Assembly (NCBI GenBank): GCA_035703635.1
Contig: DASSXV010000015.1
Coordinates: 1-54,211 of the forward strand
From: Trueperaceae bacterium
Lineage (GTDB): Bacteria > Deinococcota > Deinococci > Deinococcales > Trueperaceae
DNA: 54,211 nt
Reading direction: 5' to 3'
Shown here: one piece after another, positions 22,892-33,188 of the stretch
Layout of the letters: every line of letters starts with the position of its first letter
Numbering within the stretch: the stretch's first letter is position 1
Program-made: the position numbers and the translations under genes
The notes under the pieces: generated by a model
Databases searched by the model: none
Seen by the model: the letters and a program-made list of their open reading frames with translations, nothing else
Told to the model about the DNA's origin: nothing

Positions 22892-25551
22892 GCGTGGCCG
22901 TGCTTTCCATCGGTGACAAGAGACTCGGGGCAGTGCTGCTCGAGCGCGGATACGTCACTGACGACGCCCTGCAACAAGCCATCAGCCGCCACTCCGAAGT
23001 GGGTGGCCGCTTGGCGGATATCCTCGTCAACATCGGGGTTCTCTCCGAGCAGCGCATCGCGCGGGCCATCGAGGAGTCCATCGGCATCCCGCTCATCAAC
23101 CTGCCGCGCGTCGACATCATGGCCGACGCCCTAGCGAAGGTGCCGGCCGACCTCGCTAGCGAACTGCGCGCTCTCCCCTTCGCCATCGATCAGGATCGCC
23201 TGCGCGTGGCCTTCATCGATCCGCTCGACGCCCTCGGCATAGAAGAAGTCGAAGACTCGTCCGGTTGCCTCGTGGAGCCGTATCTCGCCCTGCAGAAGGA
23301 AATGCAGTGGGCGCTCGCAACCTACTACCCGGAGCTCGGACTCGAGCCGCCAGTCGACCTCGAGATCGACCCTGGCCAGCGGCTCGGCAACCTGGCCGTT
23401 AGCGCTGGCTTCCTCTCGCCTGCTCAGTTGAACGAGGCCATCGAGGAGCAGCAGCGCACTGGCGGCCTGCTCGGGCGCATCCTGGTGGCGCGCAACCACC
23501 TGAGCGAGGAGCAACTGACGCGCCTGCTGGCCGATCAGTACGGCATCCCGTTCATGGCCGAGTTGTCTGACGAGCCGACCAGCGAGGCGCTCGCCGCCAA
23601 GCTCCTGCGCCTAGACGCCGTGCAGTTCTCCGCCGTTCCTTACCGGCTCGAGGCAGACACGTTGGTCGTGGCGATAGCCGACCCGCGGCGCATGGCGGAC
23701 GTCGAGTCGATCGTGTCCGGCGAGGTGGCGTTCGTCGCGGCGTCAGGACCGGAGGTGCAGTCGCGCATCGACCAGATGTACGCCCAGGATCAGGGCCGGT
23801 TGGGTGAGACGCTGCTGCAGAACCGGCGCCTCAAGCGCGAACAGTTGCGGCGTGCCCTCGAGGAGCAGGCGAAGCTCGGGCGCATAAAGCCGCTCGGCGA
23901 GATCCTCGTAGACCTCGGCTACGTCACGCAGGCAGACGTGGACGAAGCGCTCAACAAGCAGCGTTCGGGCGGCGGGCGCCTCGAGGACACGCTCGTGCAG
24001 TCAGGCAAGATCAGCCCAGACATGCTGGCGCGCAGCCTGGCCATGCAGCTCGGCTTCGAGTTCATCGAGGAGAACACCCGCATAGACCCGTACGCCGTCA
24101 GCCTCGTGCCTGAAGCCACGGCGCGGCGCTACACGGCCATGCCGGTGAGGCTCGACGGTGACGTGCTCGTGGTAGCCATGAAGGACCCGCGGCACGTGTT
24201 CGCGCTTGACGACGTTCACCTGATCACTGGCCGCGAGATCCGCCCGGCCGTCGCTACCGAAGAGTCCCTCACGCGCATGCTCAACCGCTTCTACCGCGAG
24301 GGCACCGACATGGACGAGCTGGCCAAGGCCGTCGTCGAGGAAGTCGGGGCCGGGGCCGCTCAAGAGACGGAAGACACGAGCGCCATCGACGACAACGCCC
24401 TCGTCAAGGTCGTGAACAACATCATCCGCGAGGCGCTGCTCAACGACATCTCGGACATCCACATCGAGCCGCGACCCGACAAGGTCATCGTGCGGGTGCG
24501 CAAGGACGGCAGCCTGCGCGAGTACATGACCATGCCGAAGGTCACGGGGCCAGCGTTGTCATCGCGCATCAAGATCATGGGTGGCTTGAACATCGCGGAG
24601 CGGCGCCTGCCGCAGGACGGTCGAGTGCGCTTCCGCGACCGCAACATCGAGGTCGACTTGCGTCTCTCGACCCTGCCGACGGTCTACGGTGAGAAGTCGG
24701 TCATGCGCCTCTTGCGTAAGGCGTCTGACATCCCTGAGATCGAGCAGCTAGGCTTCGCCGATTACAACTACCAGCGCTTCACCGACGTCATCCAGAAGCC
24801 GTACGGTATGTTCCTCATCACGGGCCCGACCGGGTCGGGGAAGTCGTTCACGACCTTCTCGATCCTCAAGCGCCTCGCGACCCCAGAAGTGAACGTGACG
24901 ACCATCGAGGACCCGGTCGAGTACGAGATCCCTGGCATCAACCAGACGCAGGTGAACATCAAGGCCGGCCTCGACTTCGCTCGCGCGTTGCGCTCCTTCC
25001 TGCGCCAGGACCCCGACATCATCATGGTCGGTGAGATCCGTGACCACGAGACAGCCAAGATCTCCATGGAAGCCGCACTAACCGGTCACTTGCTCATCGC
25101 TACGCTGCACACCAACGACTCAGCTGGCGCCATCACGCGCCTTCAAGAGATGGGCATCGAGCCGTTCAACGTCTCCGCTTCCCTCATCGGGGTCTTGGCG
25201 CAGCGCCTCGTGCGCCGCGTGTGCCGCGAGTGCAAGGTCGCGTCTACGCCCGATCCGGACATCCTGCGCCGCCTCGGCATCAGCGAGCGTGAAACGGCTG
25301 GCAAGAACCTGTACCGCGGCGTTGGGTGCGAGAAGTGCGGTGGCAGCGGCTATAACGGCCGTTACGCCATCCACGAGTTGCTCGTCGTCGACGACGAGAT
25401 CGAGAAGGCCATCGTGCGTGAGGCCTCTGCGCACGAGCTCCGCGAGCTAGCCATGCAGCGCGGCATGAAGTCGCTGCGCGACGACGGCATCAACAAGGCG
25501 TTCCAAGGGATAACCACGTTAGAAGAGGTGTTGGCTCGCACGGCAGAGTGA
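22888..25551 (+). CDS. pilB: type IV pilus assembly ATPase PilB (Thermus PilF type, multiple N-terminal MshEN/GSPII domains)
   Basis: Repeated RLG..L...G motifs, SDIHIEP, ERRLPQDGR, TGPTGSGKS, LRQDPD, C..C...C..C zinc motif. Confidence 0.95.
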   Translation: MSVAVLSIGDKRLGAVLLERGYVTDDALQQAISRHSEVGGRLADILVNIGVLSEQRIARAIEESIGIPLINLPRVDIMADALAKVPADLASELRALPFAIDQDRLRVAFIDPLDALGIEEVEDSSGCLVEPYLALQKEMQWALATYYPELGLEPPVDLEIDPGQRLGNLAVSAGFLSPAQLNEAIEEQQRTGGLLGRILVARNHLSEEQLTRLLADQYGIPFMAELSDEPTSEALAAKLLRLDAVQFSAVPYRLEADTLVVAIADPRRMADVESIVSGEVAFVAASGPEVQSRIDQMYAQDQGRLGETLLQNRRLKREQLRRALEEQAKLGRIKPLGEILVDLGYVTQADVDEALNKQRSGGGRLEDTLVQSGKISPDMLARSLAMQLGFEFIEENTRIDPYAVSLVPEATARRYTAMPVRLDGDVLVVAMKDPRHVFALDDVHLITGREIRPAVATEESLTRMLNRFYREGTDMDELAKAVVEEVGAGAAQETEDTSAIDDNALVKVVNNIIREALLNDISDIHIEPRPDKVIVRVRKDGSLREYMTMPKVTGPALSSRIKIMGGLNIAERRLPQDGRVRFRDRNIEVDLRLSTLPTVYGEKSVMRLLRKASDIPEIEQLGFADYNYQRFTDVIQKPYGMFLITGPTGSGKSFTTFSILKRLATPEVNVTTIEDPVEYEIPGINQTQVNIKAGLDFARALRSFLRQDPDIIMVGEIRDHETAKISMEAALTGHLLIATLHTNDSAGAITRLQEMGIEPFNVSASLIGVLAQRLVRRVCRECKVASTPDPDILRRLGISERETAGKNLYRGVGCEKCGGSGYNGRYAIHELLVVDDEIEKAIVREASAHELRELAMQRGMKSLRDDGINKAFQGITTLEEVLARTAE

Positions 25552-25600
25552 CGGCCACTGGCGGGCCGCCTTTCACGGCTGGCCGAGAGGATTGCAGATA

Positions 25601-26794
25601 ATGGCAGACCAGATTCGCTCCACCCAGATCCAGGCAGACATAGTCGACCTGTTGAAGCTCGCCATCGAGCGGCGCGCCTCCGACTTGTTGCTAACCGTTG
25701 GCCTGCCCCCCATGCTGCGCCTCAGCGGCGAGTGGCGCCCGACCGAGTACGAGGTCCTGACGCCCAGCATGACCCGCAGGCTCATGTATGCGTTGATGGA
25801 CGAGAAGAAGCAGCGCAACTTCGAGGAACGCAAGGACCTCGACTTCTCGTTCAGCCTCTCCGGCCACGGACGCTTCCGCGTGAACGTCTTCATGCAGCGC
25901 GGGTCCGTCGGCGGCGTCATGCGCACCATCGCCGACGAGGTCCTCTCGTTCAGCGAACTCGGTTTGCCGCAGGAAGTCGGCGAGGTCGCGCGCCTGCCGC
26001 GTGGACTCGTCCTCGTCACCGGTCCCACCGGCTCTGGCAAGTCGACGACCCTCGCGACCATGCTCAACCTCGTCAACGAGGAGTACGCCAAGCACATCGT
26101 CACCATCGAGGATCCCATCGAGTTCTTCCACCGCCACCAGACCTCCATCGTGAACCAACGCGAGGTAGGAGAAGACACCGCGAACTTCCAGGCGGCGCTC
26201 CGCAGCGTGCTGCGCCAAGCGCCGGACGTGATCCTGGTCGGCGAGATGCGAGACTTCGAGACGATCGGGGCCGCCGTGACCGCAGCCGAAACCGGCCACT
26301 TGGTGCTCGGAACGCTGCACACGAACACGGCCTCCGAGGCCATCGACCGCATCATCGACGTCTTCCCCGAGGCGCAGCAGGCGCAGGTGCGCGTGCAGTT
26401 GGCGAACAACCTCCAGGCCATCCTCACCCAGCAGCTCCTGCCCCGCGCCAACGGCGACGGCCGAACCTTGGCGTACGAGTTCCTCATCGCCACCCCTGCC
26501 GTGCGTAACCTCATCCGCGAGGGCAAGACCCACCAGATACCAGCGCAGATCCAGATGGGTGGGGCCGTCGGCATGCTCACCATGGACGCCTGCTTGGCGG
26601 AGATGCACCTCAAGCGCACCATCTCCTTCGAAGTGGGCCTCTCGCGCGCCGTAGACGCCAAGGAGTTCGAGCGCCTGGTGTCGACGGGCGGACAGGCGCA
26701 GGGCGCTACCCTCTCCACCGATCAGAGGACCAGCCCCGCAGCGACGGGGCCCCGCGGCAGTGCGCCGCCAGTAGGGCGCGGCGGGCGCGGTTGA
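25601..26794 (+). CDS. pilT: type IV pilus retraction ATPase
   Basis: TGPTGSGKSTTLA, TIEDPIE, QREVG.DT, LRQAPDVILVGEMRD, AVRNLIRE. Confidence 0.95.
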   Translation: MADQIRSTQIQADIVDLLKLAIERRASDLLLTVGLPPMLRLSGEWRPTEYEVLTPSMTRRLMYALMDEKKQRNFEERKDLDFSFSLSGHGRFRVNVFMQRGSVGGVMRTIADEVLSFSELGLPQEVGEVARLPRGLVLVTGPTGSGKSTTLATMLNLVNEEYAKHIVTIEDPIEFFHRHQTSIVNQREVGEDTANFQAALRSVLRQAPDVILVGEMRDFETIGAAVTAAETGHLVLGTLHTNTASEAIDRIIDVFPEAQQAQVRVQLANNLQAILTQQLLPRANGDGRTLAYEFLIATPAVRNLIREGKTHQIPAQIQMGGAVGMLTMDACLAEMHLKRTISFEVGLSRAVDAKEFERLVSTGGQAQGATLSTDQRTSPAATGPRGSAPPVGRGGRG

Positions 26795-26826
26795 GCAACG
26801 GTTCGGCCCCGTCGTTCGCCTGCTGG

Positions 26827-26855
26827 TTGACTGCTAGGCGTGGCGCTCATATACT
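26827..26855 (+). promoter_or_regulatory. promoter of leader-leuCDB
   Basis: TTGACT (26827-32), 17-nt spacer, TATACT (26850-55), 7 nt before the leader ATG. Confidence 0.85.
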
Positions 26856-26862
26856 TCGCCGC

Positions 26863-26961
26863 ATGAGCGGCAACGCACTCCACCCCGCGCGGCGCGTTAG
26901 GCGTCGGCTTGCCTTCATCCAGGCGCGGGCAACGGTGCTCCTACCTCGGCGGGCGGCGTGA
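26863..26961 (+). CDS. putative leu leader peptide MSGNALHPARRVRRRLAFIQARATVLLPRRAA (32 aa)
   Basis: Leaderless ORF at the predicted +1, GTG CTC CTA (VLL) near the end, followed by a terminator hairpin before leuC. Confidence 0.7.
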   Translation: MSGNALHPARRVRRRLAFIQARATVLLPRRAA

Positions 26962-27007
26962 GCCAACGCTGAGGCGGTCGCGCGGCGACCTCGTCAACTA
27001 GTGCTTC

Positions 27008-27051
27008 ACGACCCCCGGCTAACCCCGTAGCCGAGGGTCGTTCTCTATCTT
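27008..27051 (+). terminator. attenuator terminator in the leu leader
   Basis: ACGACCCCCGGCTA/TAGCCGAGGGTCGT stem (13 of 14 bp) plus TCTCTATCTT tail. Confidence 0.75.
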
Positions 27052-27075
27052 CACGGGCTTTGCTAGAGAGGGCGT

Positions 27076-28503
27076 ATGAGTCAACCACGGAGTCTGTTCG
27101 ACAAGGTGTGGGAGTCGCACACCGTAGGCAAGTTGCGCAACGGTGAGGATCAGCTCTTCATCGACACCCACCTCATCCACGAGGTCACCAGCCCACAGGC
27201 GTTCGGCATGCTCGCGGACTTGGGCGTGAGCGTGCTCATGCCGGAGCGCACCTTCGCGACCGTCGACCACATCGTGCCGACGCACACTCGCGTCGAGCCG
27301 TTCGCCGACCCCCTTGCCGCGGCCATGATCGCCGAGCTCCGCAAGAACACGGCGGCTAACGGCATCAAGTTCTTCGATGTCGGCGGCGGCCTGCAAGGCA
27401 TCGTGCACATGGTGGGCCCGGAGCAGGGCATTACGCAGCCAGGCACGGCCATCGCTTGTGGCGACTCGCACACGAGCACGCACGGTGCTTTCGGCGCCAT
27501 CGCCTTCGGCATCGGCACTTCACAGGTGCGCGACGTGCTCGCAACGCAGACGATGGCGATGAGCAAGCCTAAGCTCCGCCGCATCGAGGTCAACGGCGAG
27601 TTGCGACCAGGCGTTTACGCCAAGGACGTCATCCTCCACATCATCCGCACACTCGGGGTCAAAGGCGGCATCGGGTACGCGTACGAGTACGGCGGCTCCA
27701 CCTTCGACGCCATGACGATGGAGGAGCGCATGACCGTCTGCAACATGTCGATCGAGGGGGGTGCGCGCTGCGGTTATGTCAACCCGGACGCCACGACCTT
27801 CGCCTACCTGAATGGCAGGCCTTATGCGCCAGCTGGCGCCGAGTGGGACGAGGCCGTCGCGCGGTGGAGCGCCCTAGCCTCCGAACCAGGCTGCCACTAC
27901 GACGACGTCGTAGTGTTCGATGCGGCCGACGTTCCGCCGACTGTCACGTGGGGCATCAACCCAGGCCAAGCCATCGCCATCGACGAACTCGTGCCAAGCG
28001 TTGAAAGCTCCGCGCAGCACGACAAGGCAAGCGTGGCAGAGGCCCTGGCGCACATGCAGTTGACCGGCGGCGCACCCATCAAGGGCACGAAGGTCGACGT
28101 TGCGTTCTTCGGCTCATGCACTAACGGGCGCGTGACTGACTTCATCGAAGTCGCCAACGTCATCGCTGGCCACAAGGTGCACCCGAGCGTCAAGGCCATC
28201 GCCGTGCCAGGCTCTCACCTCGTCAAGCTCGAGTGCGAGCGCCTCGGCATCGACAAGGTCCTCAAGGAAGCCGGCTTCGAGTGGCGCGAGGCCGGTTGCA
28301 GCATGTGCCTGGCCATGAACCCTGACAAGCTCGAGGGCGACCAACTCTGTGCGTCATCCAGCAACCGCAACTTCAAGGGCAGGCAGGGGTCGCCGACCGG
28401 GCGGACCGTGCTCATGAGTCCGGTGATGGTCGCCGCCGCCGCCGTCACGGGCGTGGTGTCCGATGCACGCGAAGTGTTCGGCGCGAAAGGAGCGGCCGCC
28501 TGA
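27076..28503 (+). CDS. leuC: 3-isopropylmalate dehydratase large subunit
   Basis: [49 protein letters not shown]. Confidence 0.97.
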   Translation: MSQPRSLFDKVWESHTVGKLRNGEDQLFIDTHLIHEVTSPQAFGMLADLGVSVLMPERTFATVDHIVPTHTRVEPFADPLAAAMIAELRKNTAANGIKFFDVGGGLQGIVHMVGPEQGITQPGTAIACGDSHTSTHGAFGAIAFGIGTSQVRDVLATQTMAMSKPKLRRIEVNGELRPGVYAKDVILHIIRTLGVKGGIGYAYEYGGSTFDAMTMEERMTVCNMSIEGGARCGYVNPDATTFAYLNGRPYAPAGAEWDEAVARWSALASEPGCHYDDVVVFDAADVPPTVTWGINPGQAIAIDELVPSVESSAQHDKASVAEALAHMQLTGGAPIKGTKVDVAFFGSCTNGRVTDFIEVANVIAGHKVHPSVKAIAVPGSHLVKLECERLGIDKVLKEAGFEWREAGCSMCLAMNPDKLEGDQLCASSSNRNFKGRQGSPTGRTVLMSPVMVAAAAVTGVVSDAREVFGAKGAAA

Positions 28504-29102
28504 TGGCCTTAGCACCAGTACTCGAGGCGCGCGGCAAGGCCGTCGCGTTGATGGCGCACGACATAGATACCGACCGCATCATCCCAGCGCGCTACTTGAA
28601 GGCCGTTACCTTCGACGGCCTCGGCGACGCCCTCTTCTACGACGAACGCTTCGACGAGGCGGGCAACAGCAAGCATCACCCCCTCGACGACCCGCAGCAC
28701 GCTGGCGCCGCCATCATCGTTACTGGCGACAACTTCGGTTGCGGCTCGAGCCGCGAGCACGCGCCGCAATCCATCCAGCGTGCCGGGTTCAAGGGCATCA
28801 TCGCTGGTTCGTTCGCCGAGATCTTCTTCGGCAACTCGACGACCCTCGGGCTCGTTTGCGCGGTGGTGGACGAGCGCGGGCGCGCCGAGATCGCCGAGAG
28901 CATCGCGGCTGACCCCAGTGCCGAAGTCGTCATCGACGTCGTTGAGCAGGAAGTGCGCGTGGCCGGCCGCAGCTACCCGGCTAGCATCCGTGAGTCCGCG
29001 CGCGAGGCGTTGATGACAGGCTACTGGGACCCGATCGGCGAACTCCTCGAAGGCGTCGACAAGGTCAGGGCGCTCGCGGCCAAGCTGGGGCACGCGCGAT
29101 GA
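28503..29102 (+). CDS. leuD: 3-isopropylmalate dehydratase small subunit
   Basis: DIDTDRIIPARYL, NFGCGSSREHAP, SFAEIFFGN. Confidence 0.96.
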   Translation: MALAPVLEARGKAVALMAHDIDTDRIIPARYLKAVTFDGLGDALFYDERFDEAGNSKHHPLDDPQHAGAAIIVTGDNFGCGSSREHAPQSIQRAGFKGIIAGSFAEIFFGNSTTLGLVCAVVDERGRAEIAESIAADPSAEVVIDVVEQEVRVAGRSYPASIRESAREALMTGYWDPIGELLEGVDKVRALAAKLGHAR

Positions 29103-30172
29103 GCTACCGCATCGCCGTCCTCCCAGGTGATTTCATCGGCCCAGAGGTCATCGAGGCAACGCTGACGACCCTCGAAGCGCTGGCCCCCAAGCACGGGCTC
29201 GCCTTCGAGTTCGAGCGCCTGCCCTTCGGCGGCCACGCCGTCGACGAGTACGGCGAGCCGCTGCCGCAGGTGACGCGCGACGCGGTGCTGCGCTCAGACG
29301 CAGTGCTGATGGGCTCGGCTGGTGGGCCGGTAGGCGACCACCGTTGGAACCGCCTCCCGCGCGAGCAGCGCGTCGAGTCAGGCATCTTGGCCCTACGCAA
29401 GCACTTGCAGGTCTTCGCCAACTTGCGCCCGGTCCGCGTGTTCCCTGGCCTCGAGCGCCTCTCCCCCCTCCGCGAGGAACGGGCGCGCGGCACCGACCTA
29501 CTGATCATCCGCGAACTGACAGGCGGCATCTACTTCGGGAAGCCGTCGTACGTGGAGGCGAACCGCGGTGTCAGCACCATGGTGTACGAGCGTCACGAGG
29601 TCGAGCGCATCGCACGGGTGGCATTCGAGACGGCGCGCCAGCGCAACGGCCGCGTAACGAACGTGGACAAGGCCAACGTGCTCGACGTCTCGCAGTTCTG
29701 GCGCGACGTGCTCGTCGATCTGCACCAGCGCGAGTTCTCCGACATAGAACTCGATCACCTCTACGTCGATAACGCCGCCATGCAGGTCGTTCGCGACCCG
29801 CGCGCGTTCGACGTCATGGTGATGGGCAACCTGTTCGGGGACATCCTCTCCGACCTCGCGGCCGTCATCCCTGGTTCGCTCGGCCTCCTGCCATCCGCCA
29901 GCCTTGGCGGCACCATCGGGCTTTACGAACCCATTCACGGCAGTGCGCCTGACATCGCGGGCAAGAACCTCGCCAACCCGGTTGGCACCATGTTGTCAGC
30001 GGCCATGCTCCTGCGCTACGGCCTGAACGAAGGTGCGGCGGCGGCCGACCTAGAAGCCGCCGTGCAGGCAGCCATGGCAGACGACCCGACGAAGGACCTG
30101 GGCGGCAGCCGCGGCACCGACGCCTTCACCGCCGCCGTTGTGGAACTGATCGAGGCGCAGGCGTTGGCCTGA
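29099..30172 (+). CDS. leuB: 3-isopropylmalate dehydrogenase
   Basis: [52 protein letters not shown]. Confidence 0.96.
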   Translation: MSYRIAVLPGDFIGPEVIEATLTTLEALAPKHGLAFEFERLPFGGHAVDEYGEPLPQVTRDAVLRSDAVLMGSAGGPVGDHRWNRLPREQRVESGILALRKHLQVFANLRPVRVFPGLERLSPLREERARGTDLLIIRELTGGIYFGKPSYVEANRGVSTMVYERHEVERIARVAFETARQRNGRVTNVDKANVLDVSQFWRDVLVDLHQREFSDIELDHLYVDNAAMQVVRDPRAFDVMVMGNLFGDILSDLAAVIPGSLGLLPSASLGGTIGLYEPIHGSAPDIAGKNLANPVGTMLSAAMLLRYGLNEGAAAADLEAAVQAAMADDPTKDLGGSRGTDAFTAAVVELIEAQALA

Positions 30173-30187
30173 GGCCCCACCCCGCCA

Positions 30188-31816
30188 CTACGCGCGCCGC
30201 AGCCTAGACCGCCGCGCCACCGCGGCTCGCAGTAGTGCCGCGGCACCGACCGCCGTTGCGCCGCCAAGCGCGACGGCGGTCGTTCCGCTAACCCTGGTTG
30301 CCGACCAGGTAAGCGGCGGGCCATGAACGAGGTAGCTGACGAGCAGCGCCCCAAGGCCAGCGCCCACGACAACGGCGACGCCGACGGCTAGCCCTACCTC
30401 GAGGGCGACACCGCGGCGCACAAGCCAGCCGGGGGCGCCCAGTGCGCTAAACAGGTTGCGCTCGTCGCGCCGCGCCCGCGCCGCCCGCGCGGCAGTCACG
30501 ATCAACCCGAAGAACGATGCCAACAGGGCGCAGATGGCAAGGTAACGCGCCGCCCGATACCTCGAGCCGGCCGCCGTCAGCGTGTTGCTGCGGTAGTCGG
30601 CAGCCGTGACCACGCGCCCGCGGTCCGCGTGAGTGGCCAGCTCGCCCGCCGCCGTGCGCACGTCACTGCCAGCGGTAAGGCGCACCTTGATGCTGTCGAG
30701 CCCGCGGTCCTCGAACGCCACGGCGTACGCCATGACGTCCAGGTAGGCAGCGGCGGCGCCGTCGCGGTCCTCCACGATGGCGACGACCTCGAACTTCCGC
30801 TCACCCGTTGGGGTCGAGAGCGGCAGCCTGTCACCCACTCCGACGGCCAGCTCCCTGGCGAGCGGCAGTGAGAGGGCCACCACGTCGCCGCTAGTAAGTG
30901 TCGCCGCGCCCGGCTCGTAGCCACGGCCCTCGACGACCAAGAGACGCCCACTACTACCTGGGTCGAGGGCGACGAGCGGCACGGCGCGCCCGCGCGAACC
31001 GACGGTGGCGCGCCGTTCTGGGCTCGCCGCTGCCACACTCGGCAGTGCCTGCAGGTTGGCGAGCGTGCCAAGGTCCAGGCCGGCCTCGCTCGACGTGGCT
31101 ACGAGCACGTCCCAAGTGATCGCCTGGTCGAGGGAGCTGGCCAGTGAGCGCTCGAGGGGCGCTGCCGCGCCCTGCAAGCCGATGACGGCAGCCAGTGTGA
31201 GGCCAAGAGCAGTCGCCGCCGCGCACGCGCGTTGCCGGTCCCGGCTCAGTTGCCCAGCAGCGGCCCGCAGCGAGAAGGGCAAGCGTTCCGACCGCTTCAG
31301 CGCTGCGGTCGCGCTGCTCAACAGGCGCTCGAACGACCACGTCAGGGCGGCCGCCAGGAGCCCGGCCGCCACCAGCCATGTCCCCACCTCCGCAGCGCCA
31401 TCCGCGTTGACCGACCACGGCGCAGGCTCGGAGCGCGGCAGCAGCCAGGCGCCCAAACGCGAGCCAAGCCAGCTACCGACGAGCCCAGCGCCAACCCCAA
31501 CGAACGCCGCCTCGAGCGCAGCGGCGCCGCGCAGGGTCGAGCGCGCCACGCCGAGGTCGTGGAGTAACGCGGTGTCGCGACTACGCTCCTTTGCGACCGT
31601 CCTCAACCACGCCGCGTACGCCAGAAGCGCGGCAACAACGGTGGCGGAGCCTGCGACTCGCGCCGCAGCCCCAGTCAGCGCGCCCGCGTCATTCGCTGCG
31701 CTAAGCAGCCCCGCCGCCACGGCCACCGAAGTAACCGCGCCGATCAGCGCCGCCATGCGCCCGCGGTGGTAGCGCCACGAGAGCCAAGCTAGCGCCCTCG
31801 GCTGCCGCCTAGTCAC
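30188..31816 (-). CDS. FtsX/MacB-like ABC permease (divergent, Ala-rich)
   Basis: Two 'ER.RD.ALL..LG' / 'RRDERNLF.ALG' FtsX segments, one extracellular domain with 'VGDRLPL'; GTG start 31816. Confidence 0.7.
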   Translation of the reverse strand: MTRRQPRALAWLSWRYHRGRMAALIGAVTSVAVAAGLLSAANDAGALTGAAARVAGSATVVAALLAYAAWLRTVAKERSRDTALLHDLGVARSTLRGAAALEAAFVGVGAGLVGSWLGSRLGAWLLPRSEPAPWSVNADGAAEVGTWLVAAGLLAAALTWSFERLLSSATAALKRSERLPFSLRAAAGQLSRDRQRACAAATALGLTLAAVIGLQGAAAPLERSLASSLDQAITWDVLVATSSEAGLDLGTLANLQALPSVAAASPERRATVGSRGRAVPLVALDPGSSGRLLVVEGRGYEPGAATLTSGDVVALSLPLARELAVGVGDRLPLSTPTGERKFEVVAIVEDRDGAAAAYLDVMAYAVAFEDRGLDSIKVRLTAGSDVRTAAGELATHADRGRVVTAADYRSNTLTAAGSRYRAARYLAICALLASFFGLIVTAARAARARRDERNLFSALGAPGWLVRRGVALEVGLAVGVAVVVGAGLGALLVSYLVHGPPLTWSATRVSGTTAVALGGATAVGAAALLRAAVARRSRLRRA

Positions 31817-31817
31817 C

Positions 31818-32528
31818 TCAGATCTCCTCCAACGCCCCGTCGCGCAGACGGTACTCGCGGTCGGCATGCGCCGCCACCGCCGCGTGCGACGTCGCGATCA
31901 CGACGGTGCGGCCCTTCTGCTCTACTTGCTGCCGCAAGTTGCGCAGCACGCGGTCGGCTCCGAGGGGGCCAAGCTGCGCGGTCGGTTCGTCTAGGAGGAG
32001 CAGGGGGGCGTCACCCGCAACCGCGCGCGCTACTTGGGCGAGTTGCCGCTGGCTAGCGCTAGCGGCTTCAGGTGCCAAAGACGCCCCGGTAGTCACGGCC
32101 AGCTCCCGTAAAGCCGCCTCGGCCTTCGCCCGCGCTACGCGGTGGCCAACGCCGGCCAAGACGAGCGGCAGCGCCACGTTGTCAAGCAGATCGAGGCTCT
32201 CCAGCAGCGGCATGCCAGGCAGTGAAGTGCCGAGGCTAGTTAGTCGTAGGCGCGCCAAGGCGCCGTCGCCTAGTCCGCCAAGCGCACGCCCAGCCACTGC
32301 CACTGCGCCGGCAGTCGGGGCATCGAGGCCAGCCATCAAGCGCAACAAGGTCGTCTTGCCCGCCGCCGCTGGCCCCGTGATGGCCACGAACTCGCCCGGA
32401 CCGAGGGTAAGGTTGACGCCCGCCATCACGAGCGAACTAGCGCCCGGTGCGGCGAAGCCCTTGCTCACCTCGGTGAGTTCGAGGACGGCTCCCCCGCCCC
32501 ACGCCCGCTGGAACTCCTTGGCGGTCAA
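31818..32528 (-). CDS. LolD/MacB-type ABC ATP-binding protein with degenerate signature
   Basis: GPAAAGKTT, LDNVALP, LLLLDEPT; TTG start overlapping the padR stop. Confidence 0.8.
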   Translation of the reverse strand: MTAKEFQRAWGGGAVLELTEVSKGFAAPGASSLVMAGVNLTLGPGEFVAITGPAAAGKTTLLRLMAGLDAPTAGAVAVAGRALGGLGDGALARLRLTSLGTSLPGMPLLESLDLLDNVALPLVLAGVGHRVARAKAEAALRELAVTTGASLAPEAASASQRQLAQVARAVAGDAPLLLLDEPTAQLGPLGADRVLRNLRQQVEQKGRTVVIATSHAAVAAHADREYRLRDGALEEI

Positions 32529-33097
32529 CTCGCCACGTCCTCCCGCGCCGCGGCCAGCACCGCCTCGCAACGGTCAAGCCACCTGAGGTCGGCCTCGCAA
32601 TGGTAGATGGCGGCCTCCAGCAAGAGGCCCTCGACGGTGAGGTCAAGGGGTTCCGACCCACTGTCAGGACCTGCATGACGCTTCGCCAAGTCGTTCTTGT
32701 TGCGCGTTAGCTCGCGCATGTGCTGCGCGTAGCTGCGCCGGTAGCCGGCTAGCAGCGCCAGCGTGTCGGCTAGCGGTCTGTCAGTCATCACGGCCAAGCG
32801 CACGAACAGCTCGTCACGCAGCGGCCGCACGCGCGCTTCCCCACCGGCCAGCCACTCGTCAAGTGCGCGCCTGCCTGACTCGGTTACGGCGTAGACCTTG
32901 CGATCTGGCGCGGCGTCGAGGGGCTGCACCGTGTAACTGACGAGCCCCTCGGCCGCCAGAGCGTCAAGCGACTGGTAGATCTGGCCGGGGTTGAGGCGCC
33001 AGAAGCCACCAGTCACCTGCTCGAAGGAGCGCTTCAGCTCGTAGCCGTGCTGGGACTGGCGCGCCAAGATGCCTAGCAGTCCGAACTTGACAGACAT
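32525..33097 (-). CDS. PadR-family transcriptional regulator
   Basis: LLGIL...HGYELK, GQIYQSL, RKVY.VT..GR..L.EWL, C-terminal helix with DLRWL. Confidence 0.92.
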   Translation of the reverse strand: MSVKFGLLGILARQSQHGYELKRSFEQVTGGFWRLNPGQIYQSLDALAAEGLVSYTVQPLDAAPDRKVYAVTESGRRALDEWLAGGEARVRPLRDELFVRLAVMTDRPLADTLALLAGYRRSYAQHMRELTRNKNDLAKRHAGPDSGSEPLDLTVEGLLLEAAIYHCEADLRWLDRCEAVLAAAREDVAS

Positions 33098-33188
33098 GTG
33101 GCGCGACTCTAGCACGTCGCCTCCTGCCCTCCCCAGGAGCCTTCCCGCAGAGTGCGGTTATAGAATGCCGACTACGGAGGAGTCCGCC

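Noticed and set aside
27076-30172. Possibility that leuCDB are alpha-aminoadipate lysine-pathway paralogues (homoaconitase/HICDH) as in Thermus
   Set aside because: Motifs and lengths match bacterial LeuC/LeuD/IPMDH, and the leader has Leu/Val but no Lys codons
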